Positions 18,755 through 31,035 of a DNA stretch of 48,082 nt are shown in pieces. Each line of letters begins with the position of its first letter. The stretch's first letter is position 1. A model generated the notes under the pieces. That model did not search any database and was not told where the DNA came from. It saw only the letters and a program-made list of their open reading frames with translations. The position numbers and the translations under genes were made by a program. Source of the stretch: Trichoplax sp. H2 (lineage: Eukaryota); contig NOWV01000324.1 of the NCBI GenBank assembly GCA_003344405.1, forward strand, positions 1 through 48,082, written 5' to 3'.

Positions 18755-21700
18755 ATGGCTACAGCTAAGCAAATTCGACGTGCATATATTCAAGGGTAAG
18801 CCAAATATTTATTGCAACTTTAATCATGTAACAGAAGCATTATATCCTAATTCATCAGTAGTTCACATTTTATATTTAGATTATAAGCTATAATTATTAT
18901 TAATCACTAATATTTACTGCGTTATATATAACTCACCAATATATTTCTAAAAATCACGAATGAACTGTAGTAATATACACTTTGAAGCTATTCCCCCACC
19001 ACCGCATAGTATTTTGATTTAGTCTAGAAATTGAAACTCATCACTTTAAATTGTCACGATTACCGCTATATCCATTGACAAAATTAGTGCTAGTAGTAAC
19101 CGTTCAACCTGTTAAGTCACTTCCTAAGTTATGACATTTCAAATTATTAGTATAATATAAATTTACTAACGAAATTGTCGGATGCAAAATTTTTCTCGAG
19201 TACGGTACTGAAAGAATTTAACGGTCCATAAAAAATTATCAAGTCACTACAGTAACAGTAATTAAAAGATTTATTTAGGACTATTACAGCACCAATCACT
19301 CTCTTTGTTCCTAAATTCTCATATTGCTTTGCATGCATAATTTTATATTATGATCCACATCCGGATAAATCTTTCAAGTAGTCAAATTGGTGCTTTAAAT
19401 AATTACAAATATTTTACAAGAAAATAAAATATACATCTGGCATAATGGAAAACTTTAAAGGAAAAATCAACTAAAAATCATTTCAGACCCTTCATGTACA
19501 ATTAATTACGTAGCCATTGATTGCAGTTTGTTGCATATAAGGCGCAATATTAAAGATAGTAAAATGAATAACAGATCATTTATTATAGCGCCGCTATTAA
19601 ATAGCTCAAAGGGGACGTACAGTATAATCTCGATTGATTGATTTCATGTTTATCTGATTTTGATCAATTTTTACAACTACTAATTATAATTACAAGTATT
19701 TATTTTACTTCTTGATATTGCAATATTAATACTAATAATCGATCATTGAAATTAATTACATAATATGGCGTATTCTTCTCCTCACATCGATTTTCTTATG
19801 ATAATAAATAATAGATATCTCATTATATTAATCCAATCCTCAGTATAATTCGATATGATAAATGTTTCTCACTTTATCAATAGTAAATTTTCCAAATATG
19901 GTGGATAGCTTTATTTATAGGATTAGAAATGAATATAATTTAATCTATTTTATAATTTTCGTAGTGGTTACAAGAATTCTTATAAGCCAACGGAAGTTTA
20001 TCGCAGGCCAAAAAACGGCGAATATTTAACCAACTATCGTGAATTTTATCCTTCCTATCCTAAAGCAAAACCCAGTACACCTGTTCGGCCATTTACAAGA
20101 GAAAGAACACCTGCAATCAAGAAGGGTCCTATGGTATTTGAGACAGCTCAACGTTCCGATTTTATACCCTTGCCGATATCGAAACGTAATAAAGCCTCAG
20201 TTACAGTTTTTAAAAATAGTGAAAAGCCTCTTTTAAGCGGTGATATGGATATTAAAACTACATATAATGAAACATTCAAGCATAATAAATTGAAATATAA
20301 ACCTGTTACGATAACAAAGCCTGAAGCCAGAGCTGTCACAAGCTATGATAACAGAAGGAAATTTGTCCCTCTTACAACTCATGCAGAGGAATTTAAACCC
20401 CGTAAAATCGATCGTCAATCATGTTATTCCGATCCACCATGTTATACTGGTTCTATTTTATATCCCGATCGCCACTTGTCTCATTTTTCAACAACCACAT
20501 CTGACGCATTCAAGCAGCTACCAGGTGAAAGAGCACGACGTGTTCAAGCTTCGAAGGATAACCTAGCTATCGAGGGTGATTTTTATCACAATACGAGCTA
20601 TAAAAATAACTTTACCCCTCATCAATTAGAATTAGCTCATATAAAACCAGTGGAGAAGAAAGTAATGATAACTAAAACAAGTAAGTTAAAATTTTTTTGG
20701 CGCCAGTTGATAATATCTTCTTTTGAGTTAATCCATGAGAGAGCTTTTATATCAGGCATCGTAATGCCATGACTATTACTCGTAAATCACTTTGAACTGC
20801 TAATACCTAAGCGAACATTTCTTGGAAATGATAGTAGATAGTCACCATCTGCAATATTTTGGATTAATTTTACCGTATACGATATTGATAATAGGATTTC
20901 TCTATTCTGACTAAACGAGCTAAAAATGAAATGATTACTATTGACAAAAACTGACCAGTTTTATTAATTACCAAGATAATTTCTTTTATCCATTGATAGC
21001 TGCAGTTCTATGATATATTAGAATCTTTCAAAATAACCTCTTTGGTTACCTTTACATTTCAAGTCAATCTTCATCATTTCTACTGCTGCTGCACAAATTC
21101 AATCTGATACTATGAATTTTTTTAGAAAGAAAGCTAGATTTCAATATCTCAAATAAACTATCCAATTTTCACCTTACCCATAATACTAATCATATCCTAC
21201 TTACTTGTACAGATAATCTAGCTAAAATAAGATTACAAAAAAATCATAAAATTAGTTAATTACACTATCTTATTCGTAGTCCCTTAGCTACTTGTAAGCA
21301 TTCAGCAAATAATTATAATCAAGTACGATCGATTTTCAGGGCAACGAAGCAAGATTCTATCACTTATCCCTCGCATATTTCTTTAGTGCACTACAAATTA
21401 ATTAAATGAAAGCTAACGAATATGATATTAAATTTTATGATGGAATATATTTCGGCATCGTCATTGATAGTTATAGAATTTTTATCATTATACGTATATG
21501 TAATACAGTCTATATCTCAAAATGTTAGCATTTACGACATAACTTTTCCAAATTAAAGCTTCCTAAAGAGCTGATTGTTACATGCTATAAGTCTACTCTA
21601 AAACTATAATATCTAACTCGTATCTACTATTTGAAATGGCTAGAGCAACCTCGGCATAAATTTGATGCCATTACGCAGTCCAAAGATGATTTCAAAGCTT

Positions 21701-22344
21701 ACCGGGATTCTCGTCCACCAAAACCAATTACTCCACCACCATCAACATTACAATTGTTTGAAGGTGAAAAAAGTGAGTTTATTACAGCTAATGCCGATTC
21801 CTATCGTGGATGGGATACTTCAAAGCATACAAGAATACCACCAGCTAAAATTGCAGAACCAGATTATAAACCACCTATTGATAAATTTGAAAATTTAACT
21901 ACCAGCAAAAGTCATTACCAGCCCATAAAGGAACATGAAAATTATAAACCGGTGATGTTTAAACCAGTTCCTAAAGCAGAATCAGTTAATCGTAAATTTG
22001 ATTATCAAACAACACAAAACGTGGAATTTAAGCCATACTTGATTGATCCAAAAGAACGCCCGAAAAATTATAAAATAATAGATATTTATAATCCAACTCT
22101 AGAAAAATTTGATAGTACAACAACGACCAGGGATACTTATAAGTCATTTGCTAAAGCTAGTAAAGCATCAGCCTGGAAACCTCCAACACAAGATCACCGC
22201 AGTCATCAACCATTTATTGATCATACTGAATATCGACAGTCATTTCATGAAAAGCAAAGCGAACCATGGCCACCAACTAAATTTGTTCAACAGTATCTCC
22301 AGTATCATCGAGGTCAAGATAAAAGTGCAGAAAACACAAATTAG
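18755..22344 (+). CDS. SAXO/FAM154-like stabilizer of axonemal microtubules (Mn-motif repeat protein), 3 coding exons, ~485 aa
   Basis: Exons 18755-18795, 19965-20680, 21644-22344 (1458 nt, phases consistent, GT-AG). About 12 periodic T-x5-F/Y motifs with Pro-rich linkers (TNYREFY, TAQRSDF, TTYNETF, TTHAEEF, TTTSDAF, TSYKNNF, TQSKDDF, TANADSY, TTSKSHY, TTQNVEF, TTTRDTY, TEYRQSF), typical of SAXO1/2 and MAP6-type Mn modules. Confidence 0.82.
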
Positions 22345-25300
22345 AGTATGCTCTTGTGAGCGGTTTTAGCAACTCAAAACATTCTATCCAGAGTTTGATT
22401 TAGTCAACGGTGAGCTTCTTAAGTCATATATGAAGAAGTTTACATATTTAATAACTGTAATTCTAATCCGACAAGTTGACATTTAATGTCAATATCGCTT
22501 TGTTCAATTTTCAATATTGACTAATTGTTTCATTGCTTAATGTCAAGTAGCAGTGGCAATCCATCCACTAAAAATCGTTTTCAATATTCATTCACATACT
22601 GTTGTAATATATTGTTAGAAAGGATGGAATTTTTACGACCACATCATTTTGGTCAAACGTGTCATGTCCGTTTCATTATTCATTTTTTACATTAGGACTA
22701 GGGTTATGAAAGTCTTAGTTGCATATTTTGTTACAACCTATTTTGGAGTGTTGCAATTATTAGTAATATCTGCTTCATCAAATATGTACATAATTTAATT
22801 CGTATCTTAATTCCTATGACATTTTTATACATAAGTTGTACGTCACGACGATAGCTTACAACTAAAGCATATAGTAATTGCTAAACTCAACTGTAACACA
22901 AAAAACAAAACATTACGATTTTGGGCAAGAGAACGCTGCTGGCTTTTTCAAAGTCTAGATAGATTCTCTATCTCATGTAGTAACTTGATCAATCTATTTA
23001 ATAGATTTGTACATGCACCACGGTTATATCCGCTAAAATTTTTTGATAAATAATATCTACCGGATAGAGTCATTGTTGATATGTACATAATAACTATTCT
23101 AGATGCAGATACTCAAAACGTTTATGAATCAGTAGTAGAAAGTAAGTTATGATTTATTCATAACAGAGCGATTTAATTTTCCATTTAAATCAAGAAGCTA
23201 AAAGCATATTTAATTAATTACTTACTTTACTGTAATAGCCAATTATCCTTTAAATATGTTTATGCGAAAGAAATAGAATATGATATTACTGTTCCAAAGT
23301 TTTAACTTGATAAACTATTATCACCACGTCCAATATACAAAAATCTGTATTTGATCATATTTTTGTTGTGACCATTTCTTTTCATTTTTTCTTTGCATTC
23401 AAATATATGATCAGGCGGATTTGCAGATAAATAGATCAGAATATCTGCTTCTCTATCATGACATAATTGACAATTTTTTCCATAATGCTACAAGTATTTC
23501 GTGTTTGGATCCAACTTTGTACTCTGCTTTGAAATGCTATGAAGTACTATTAATCTCGAAATTAAAAATTGTCATTAAGACTCATTGGAGTTGTTTGCTA
23601 GCATTTGCATGTTAGCTTTAATGAAAATAGTCATCAAATAGCCATGCACAACAAAATATTGGCCACATTAACATTTCATGTTCATCATGATCGATAATTG
23701 CTACTATATCGATCACTCTAAATGCTGTACTTTTAAGATCAACAGAGAATGATTCATTCACATGGATACTTTAGGATAACACCGTTAATGTTTAAAGTAG
23801 ACATTTTAACTCAATTTCTATTTTGTATAAAATAAAGATATTTCCAATACAATCTTGCTAAAAGGCATTGATAGAATTGCTACCAATGTGTAGTCTCAGA
23901 TTATAAAACTATTTTCCTACAATTTCGATAAATGTTTGACTATTTCAACACTTTATTACCTATTATTGAATGATCTCTTGCAATGTACTGTTAAATTTGT
24001 CGCATGCATAGTATTAATTTCGATTTGTAGAATCTTCTTATAATGCAGGCTATGCTAATTAGGGATGATGAGTTGGAGTATTAGGAATCATTGATAGAAT
24101 ACGTACATTATACTTGGAACTTATGCATGCATACATGCAGCAACGCACGGATAATGTTGAAATTAGTATTTCCAATATCTAGTTTACAAACTGCAGCTAC
24201 TAGAAGGGATTTTAAGTCGATACGTTTATTTTTAATATGCTGGATAAGTGAAATTTCTACATAAACAGTATTCAGTATATTACATGTCTACTCTATTCAA
24301 GAAAATTTAATATCTATAATGTAGAAAACATGTTTCGATAAGGTAAAAAAAACCTTGGATCTAGGTCGCACTTAAAATCAATCGTAACGAAGAAATAGTT
24401 ATTATTAAAATAACAATCATAAAATTAATTAAGTGAGATTACCGGTAAAGAACTCAGATGAATACCTTGTAAAGCAGCCGTGTTAAATTTGTATTTATGA
24501 TTATAAAATTATACAAAATCTATAACAGCAATCCAATAACAGATTGTGCTGTACTTGTATTACAGAATTACTAGTAAAATAGTTCATCTGTTAAGGGTAC
24601 TACTCTTAGAATATAAATCATAAGATTACATTTGTTAGCTACAATTAAAAAATTAAAATCCTCAAACTTAGTTATAGATCGATAAATCCTTATGATTAGT
24701 TGATATTATACCGGTACTTATTAACAATAGATATATGAATAGTTTGCTCCTATAAAAAATAAGCAAATAAACTGATATATTACTAAAAAATTTCGGTTAA
24801 AAATTGAACATGATTGATATGGATGGAATTGAGCTAATAAGAAAGCAAACTATTCCTTAAGAATTTACTTCTAAAATATTGTGAACATGCTTACAAATCG
24901 TGCAAGTATAACATTAAAATCACGAAGAGGAAATTACTGTAGTATTTAAACAATTACGAAGAACCGTCGCTTGTATATAAGCTACATCAGTAATCTCTAT
25001 AACTCTGTATCTATTGGTACACAAGCATTCGAAGATATTTTATTGCACCGAAACAAATCGGAATACAGAAAGCTTGCCATTTTTAATACAAGGATTAAAA
25101 AATCTTAGTAGGTCAGTTATGTAGAGGATCATTAAGTAGACAGCTAATAGCTAATTGACTATATTTCGTAAATATCCTCAAGTATGTGTAATTAGAGAGA
25201 AGAACTTAAATCAAAGGAGTATTACATTCACATTATATTAGAGGGAAACAATCGATAAGATGTCTTAATCATATTTTAGAATCGAACGAACTAGGTAAAA

Positions 25301-25754
25301 ACTAAGCCAAACTCCGATCTAATATTTTCAATTTCGAATAGCATGAAACTAAGTATTAAATAGTGGTTATGAAAATATATTTGGAAAGGCTTTCCATTTT
25401 CAATTCGCTCACTACACTATTACAACTACGTCAAAGATTTATTTGATCTATCTATATTTTCATATTACAAATCAGCTACATTATGTATTATTCCAGTACC
25501 GGTATATTACAGTTATATTTAATTCTATTCCTAGTCATCGCTCACTGCTAGCGCTCCATCTGAGACGACTAATGACTAACCTCAGTTACAACACCATATA
25601 ATTCAAGAACAAGATATCCTAAAACCATCGCTACGCAGTATATGCTTACTTATGTCGATCGATCAATTTTCATGAAAGAAACACTATTGACACTATTTAA
25701 TACCGTATAATATAAGATTAATGTTATGACATATCTATAGACTCGTATAATATT

Positions 25755-27033
25755 CTACTCCGTTCGTCCTATGGAGTAAGCAGATCCTGAAGAGTATATA
25801 CTTTCCTTTCGCTTGTAACGGCGGATCATATTTATGGCGGTTTTGCGTATATTGCTATTAAAGTAGCCATAAATAATTGGATTGATCACTGGATAACAAT
25901 AAGCAATATAGACCGTAACTTGAATAAATATCAATGCGGATGGTGTATATTCGCTATTTTGACGTACGCGAAATATAAAGAAGGCGATGATATAAGGCAT
26001 CCAAAATACGAAAAATGTGCCGACGACTATAGCTAAAGTACGGGCCGCTTTAATATTCTTAAATGTAGAATCGACTAAACTCTTTCTACGGCTTCCATTT
26101 TTGCCACTCGTTGGTGTCTTGGGTTGGCTGCGAATATGATGATCTCGTGCAATAGCATAAATGCGGCCATAAGTTAGTAACATAATGGCTAATGGTATAA
26201 AAAACAAGGAAATGAAGAAGACAAAGTAATAAACTTCTTCAATTTGGGCGGTTTGTGGTGTATTTGCAGTAGTCCAACCTATTTCACGGATAGATATACA
26301 AAAATTACTCATTTCAGCTAAAAATTTCATAGTTATTACACAAAAAGTTAGAGTTCATTAATAAAAAGCCATTTGATATAGTAGCCATTTAAATTAATCC
26401 TAATTGCGTTCAAACGAAAGATTAAATTTCAAAATTTCTAAATTGAGCAATTACTGAAACAGCGTGCCTGTTTTTGTGTATTTATGTAGTGTTCATCAAT
26501 CATTTGCAGAAAATTAATAGGGTATTGGCATGAAACTTACATCGTGATCTATCTTGAAATACGGGGCGCCAAATCAGAGGTAAAAAGCTTGCCGCTATAG
26601 AGAGAATATAAACGACAGCCAGAGCAATAATTACACGCTTCTTCTTAACGATCGATTCATAGTGTAAAGGTGCAGTAATTGCCAAATATTTATCCAAACT
26701 GACTATACAAAGATGTAAATTCATCATAATAACAAATGTTTGCCCAAGTAAACTAATAAAGGCGCAGTAAATTGGATCGCAGCGCAATGTGCCAACTAAA
26801 ATTTTTCGTGGTAAGAGGAAGAATACGGCAAATAAGATACAACTAAGACACATACTGCACATAATAATATTGGTATTATTCCAATGGCGGCGCATAACCA
26901 TGATTAACAGACTGTTATTTAAAATTGTAAAAAATACGACAGCGCTATAGATGTAGGCTTCAATAATTTCATCTGGTCGCATATACATGCAACGTGTAAT
27001 AACTGAGGTAGTATTATTTCCAGCAGCCGACAT
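25755..27033 (-). CDS. Class A (rhodopsin-like) GPCR, 2 exons, ~338 aa
   Basis: Exons 27033-26541 and 26278-25755, joined at CGA T|GTAAGT...ATAG|GT TGG, which rebuilds the ECL2 Cys. N-terminal sequons (NNTTS), TM3 C...SLDKYLAI, TM5 FFIPLAIMLLTY, TM6 KAARTLAIVVGTFFVFWMPY, TM7 INPIIY. Confidence 0.92.
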
Positions 27034-27846
27034 ATTAACGATAGTGCTCTAGTCTGATATCCAACCAAATCTTTAACCAAAATTTACTGGTGTGCCAATT
27101 GGCTTGAAGTGGAACTGGTGATAACAAAACTCGGCAAGAAAGATAGGAAAGATTTGGCTTGAAGCGTTAAGATAGAATTTTAAAATTCCAACGTCCAGCA
27201 ACGTTCGCGTATTACAGTTGATATTCTACGATTTTAAAAGGGTTATAATCGGAGATGATTGAAACTGTCTTATTGGCTTGAAACGATAGCTCCTAAATAT
27301 TATCGACATATATAGATAAATACGTTAATTATTAAAGTACGAAATTAAAATGAAAGGCTATAAAGTCGATATACACGTATTTACAAAAGGAGATAATTCA
27401 TTAGCCGATCATTTGAATGATCAAAACAACTGTTAAATGTATCGATTCACAATTAATGGCGAACTAAAAGTAGGTTATAATTTATATTCGATATTTCTAT
27501 CAGGATTTTGGCTTCATTAGAATTAATGCTGTAATCAAAGCAATGAATATACACTAAATATAAAATATCCCAAGCTATTAATTCTTCCGACATGTAGTAG
27601 ATGCCCGTAAAATAGTTTCGTTACTAAACAGCATTCATTTCTTATCATAAATTTAATATAATTTCCAATTTTAACTCAAGCGTACACGGGTAACTTGTAG
27701 TAGCAATATTATGCAAGAAATATCTACTGACAATTTAGAAATGAGCTCATCGATTCGCTCTGCAAAAACTTACAGGCATTTATCAGTATCTTTTTTCCCA
27801 GTAAATAATTAAAATTTCAATTTCATCACGGCGACGGTTAGTGATT

Positions 27847-27976
27847 ATCGCAGTTTAACGATTCGGAAATTGCGATTAAGTTTGTGCGACATTAAGAATG
27901 TTCTGATGAGGTAGCCGCTATTAGGCGGCCGAAACTGTGCGATTTCTCATAGGTACGGGGATATCTTACGCATGTC
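27847..27976 (+). ncRNA. Hammerhead-ribozyme-like motif (possibly degenerate)
   Basis: CTGATGA (27903-27909), then a GC-rich stem II GG-TAG-CCGC-TATTAG-GCGG-CC, then GAAAC (27931-27935). Stems I and III can be drawn, but the cleavage-site junction is imperfect. Confidence 0.5.
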
Positions 27977-28499
27977 TTACAAAATTTGTACAAGCCCAAA
28001 AGGAGCTATCTATATCCGCCATTACCAATGATTAAATAAACCGTACTATCTTATTCCAATTAATGATTAGCCGTTAGTCTTTGCAATCGAAAATTAGCGA
28101 TGCAGGATCGGAAATTAAAATAAATCCTCATACTATAATAATTGTTTTAGTCAAAGCTCAATACTAGCTTGATAGTACTGAGAGAATTGCGAAACGATCA
28201 TGCAAAATAAGAAAAATCCTCCTTAAAATAGAATAAATTCATTCGGGCAAAGCAATCCCTATAATTACAGTGAATCCACTGCACAGTATTTTCATCTTCA
28301 TTGTCGATTCCTGGAAAAGATGGCAGACGATAAATCGATAAAGCAAGATAAAATAGATTCCTTCAATATCAGCCATTTGTTTAGATCTATAGTTCGATTG
28401 TCCATATTGATGGGCATATTTACTATCAATTGGTTCCCTTGACCTAAGGGCTTTTAATGATGACGCACAATAAAAATGAAAATGAAGTGTTTTAAAAAT

Positions 28500-29130
28500 G
28501 GAATACTAAAAATGGACGATGAGTCATCATTCCCCCATTCCAATAGTGAAACAACGGTATCTTTATATGATCTTTATATCTTTATATGAAGATAATAAAG
28601 ATTTCTATTCTCTGTCAGTAGATTATTGGAGAATCAATACAGTTATTGTAGAAGGAATATATCAAAGTCTCTCATGCTAACGTTAACGACTAAGAGTGGA
28701 AACACGACGGCTGGTTTCGAATTAGAAATAACTTTAGATTGACTACTGTTCCCTGAAATGAGAAGGAACAATCATTTAATCCCATTCTAAGTTCATCGCT
28801 AATTAGAGTTTAGATGATCATTCTCCGAAAAGATTGGAAATATTCATGAATATCTGTAATCTGTTATTAATCTATTTCGAACAGGGAATGAGATTGGATT
28901 AATTAACTGTCATCCTTCAAAAAATGGACGATGATCATTAGCACCTTGAAACCGTTTCTGGTTCTCTCGAACTAGAAAAGAGTTTCCATTGATTAACTAT
29001 TATGAACAGCATCCCGCGAAAAGACGGAAATAATAATTAACACCTTTAATTCATTCCTGGTTCTCTCGAATTGAAAGCGAATTTAGCTTGATTAACTTCG
29101 CTTCTTCCAAGGTACGGAAACGCTAAATGC
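28500..29130. repeat. Degenerate ~85-100 bp tandem repeat
   Basis: GGTTCTCTCGAA...TTGATTAACT...ACGGAAA at 28960 and 29059 (99-bp period). More diverged TTCGAA...GATT units near 28715 and 28875. AAAAATGGACGATGA near 28508 and 28920. Confidence 0.55.
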
Positions 29131-31035
29131 CGTAGTCTAGGTAAAGCTTCCAACAAAGGCCTTCATGATACTTATAGTCCTTTTCATTGGGAGTAGAGCC
29201 CCGTTACTATCCTCACAGAGATCAAGAAACAATCTACTTTGCGAATGTATAAATGCACACTTTCCATTTATTCCTTAGTTTCCTCAATTTGAAACTACTT
29301 GAACTACAACCTTATCCTCGAAGACAGAGAGTAACTACGAGTACAGCAAATAGAGTAGTGAGAAAGTATACGTTAATAAATCTCTGGAATTAGATCAACA
29401 AAATTATCCGAAACGCCCAAGTAATCGGCAAGAGTGATTATTTTAAAGCTCAGAGTAATACCTTTAATCCGCTTTTTATCTTTTCAATTTAGATATTCGA
29501 AATTAGTATCGCAAAAATTTAAGTATGAGATAAGTAATCCTTTTTCTACATTGTATCAGATAGGATGCAACAATTCCTATATCACAATATTCACTACAAC
29601 TGCTCCATTCTTTCCTAATTCAATGACAGTAATGCTATTCTATTGCAGGAATTTCGATGTGGTACACTCTCAATCAGTCAATTGTAGATTAATTAACAGT
29701 ACATCTATAAATAGAATAGATGGAATGCTGAAGCAAATTATTTCAGACTTTACCTTACCAGTGGAATTTTTAGGTACTCTTTGAAGGTGAGCAGTAATCT
29801 TTGCAAGAGAGTACGCCAATAATGTAGTAACATGGACGTTTGATTTAGGTCGATTCGATTTACAAATCTAGCATGGACTTGCAACTAGATTCAGACTAGA
29901 ACTACTTTACTAAGATTTTCCCCTTACGGGATCGATCAATATTTTTCTCGTCGAATCATAGTATATGCCAAAGTAGATTTGCTTTTCATCCGCATTCCGT
30001 TAGTTTAATCGTCATGACTACATTCCGATACGCCGTTTATTTATTTGTCGCCTTTATTAGTTCTAATCACGACAACTGAATGGTTTTTCAATTAGCTAAA
30101 GCGACAAACTCTCCCATTTCCCCCACATTCTGTTAAATGATAGATAAATATAGTGAGCGTATTCATCTAAAGCTATGCTGAAATGGTCAATCGTCCCAGT
30201 ACTTGTACGATAAATAGCTTATAGCAATTTAGATGAAGGCGTTGAAAACTAGATAGATAAAAACCGCAAGAGAAATAGTCGTTCTCCAGAATAGCCAATT
30301 GAATGATTAAAATATTGAAGGCTTTGTTGTAAATGTTACTGCGATTAACGAATAGATATCGGATGTCGGCTATTTAAGCTAGTTAAAGTAGTTTACAACC
30401 TATTCCTTTATCATAACCACTGCCCATGTTGTCTACACTGTCTTGTTCTTTGGAAAATTGAGCGAATAAATGTAACTCACCGATTCTTTCTTTTGTTGAA
30501 GAAATGGTTTTGCTCGATGATCGCCGCAGAGATCGCAAGGAGAAAAATCAAAGTGGACGTAGCTAAAATAAATAAATGTTACCACCGATTACGCATAAGT
30601 CAGTAGTGGAATAAACTCTTAATCATCAAGTGTCATTGAATAAAAGTATGTTAGGACTAATCAGAATTGTATTTAGAGTACCAAATACAAAGCTAATTAA
30701 CTTATACTTTGATCAATAAAATCTCAAGTAGTTCGTAAATATCAAAATAACGATGCCTAAGGCCTAGGTTAAACAATGCTCGTCACTCTGCAAGCCTTAA
30801 GAGTGAATTAACTGAGCGGAGAGTACTATATACTAGTCGTAGTAAAGAAATGAATGAATTCTCATTCCAAATAAATCTGATCCAAGGCAATAAACTACTG
30901 GTAGCAATGGTAAAATAACAACAACAAAGTAGACAAAAAACAACAACATCGGCGATAATAAAATGGACTGAATTCCTTCTCAAGCACTATCCTGATGGGC
31001 GTTTTGTTGTCTTGTCCAATTAATTGAACATTGTC

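Noticed and set aside
29434..29784. 116-aa ORF
   Set aside because: Non-ATG start, composition typical of AT-rich non-coding DNA, and no recognisable motif.
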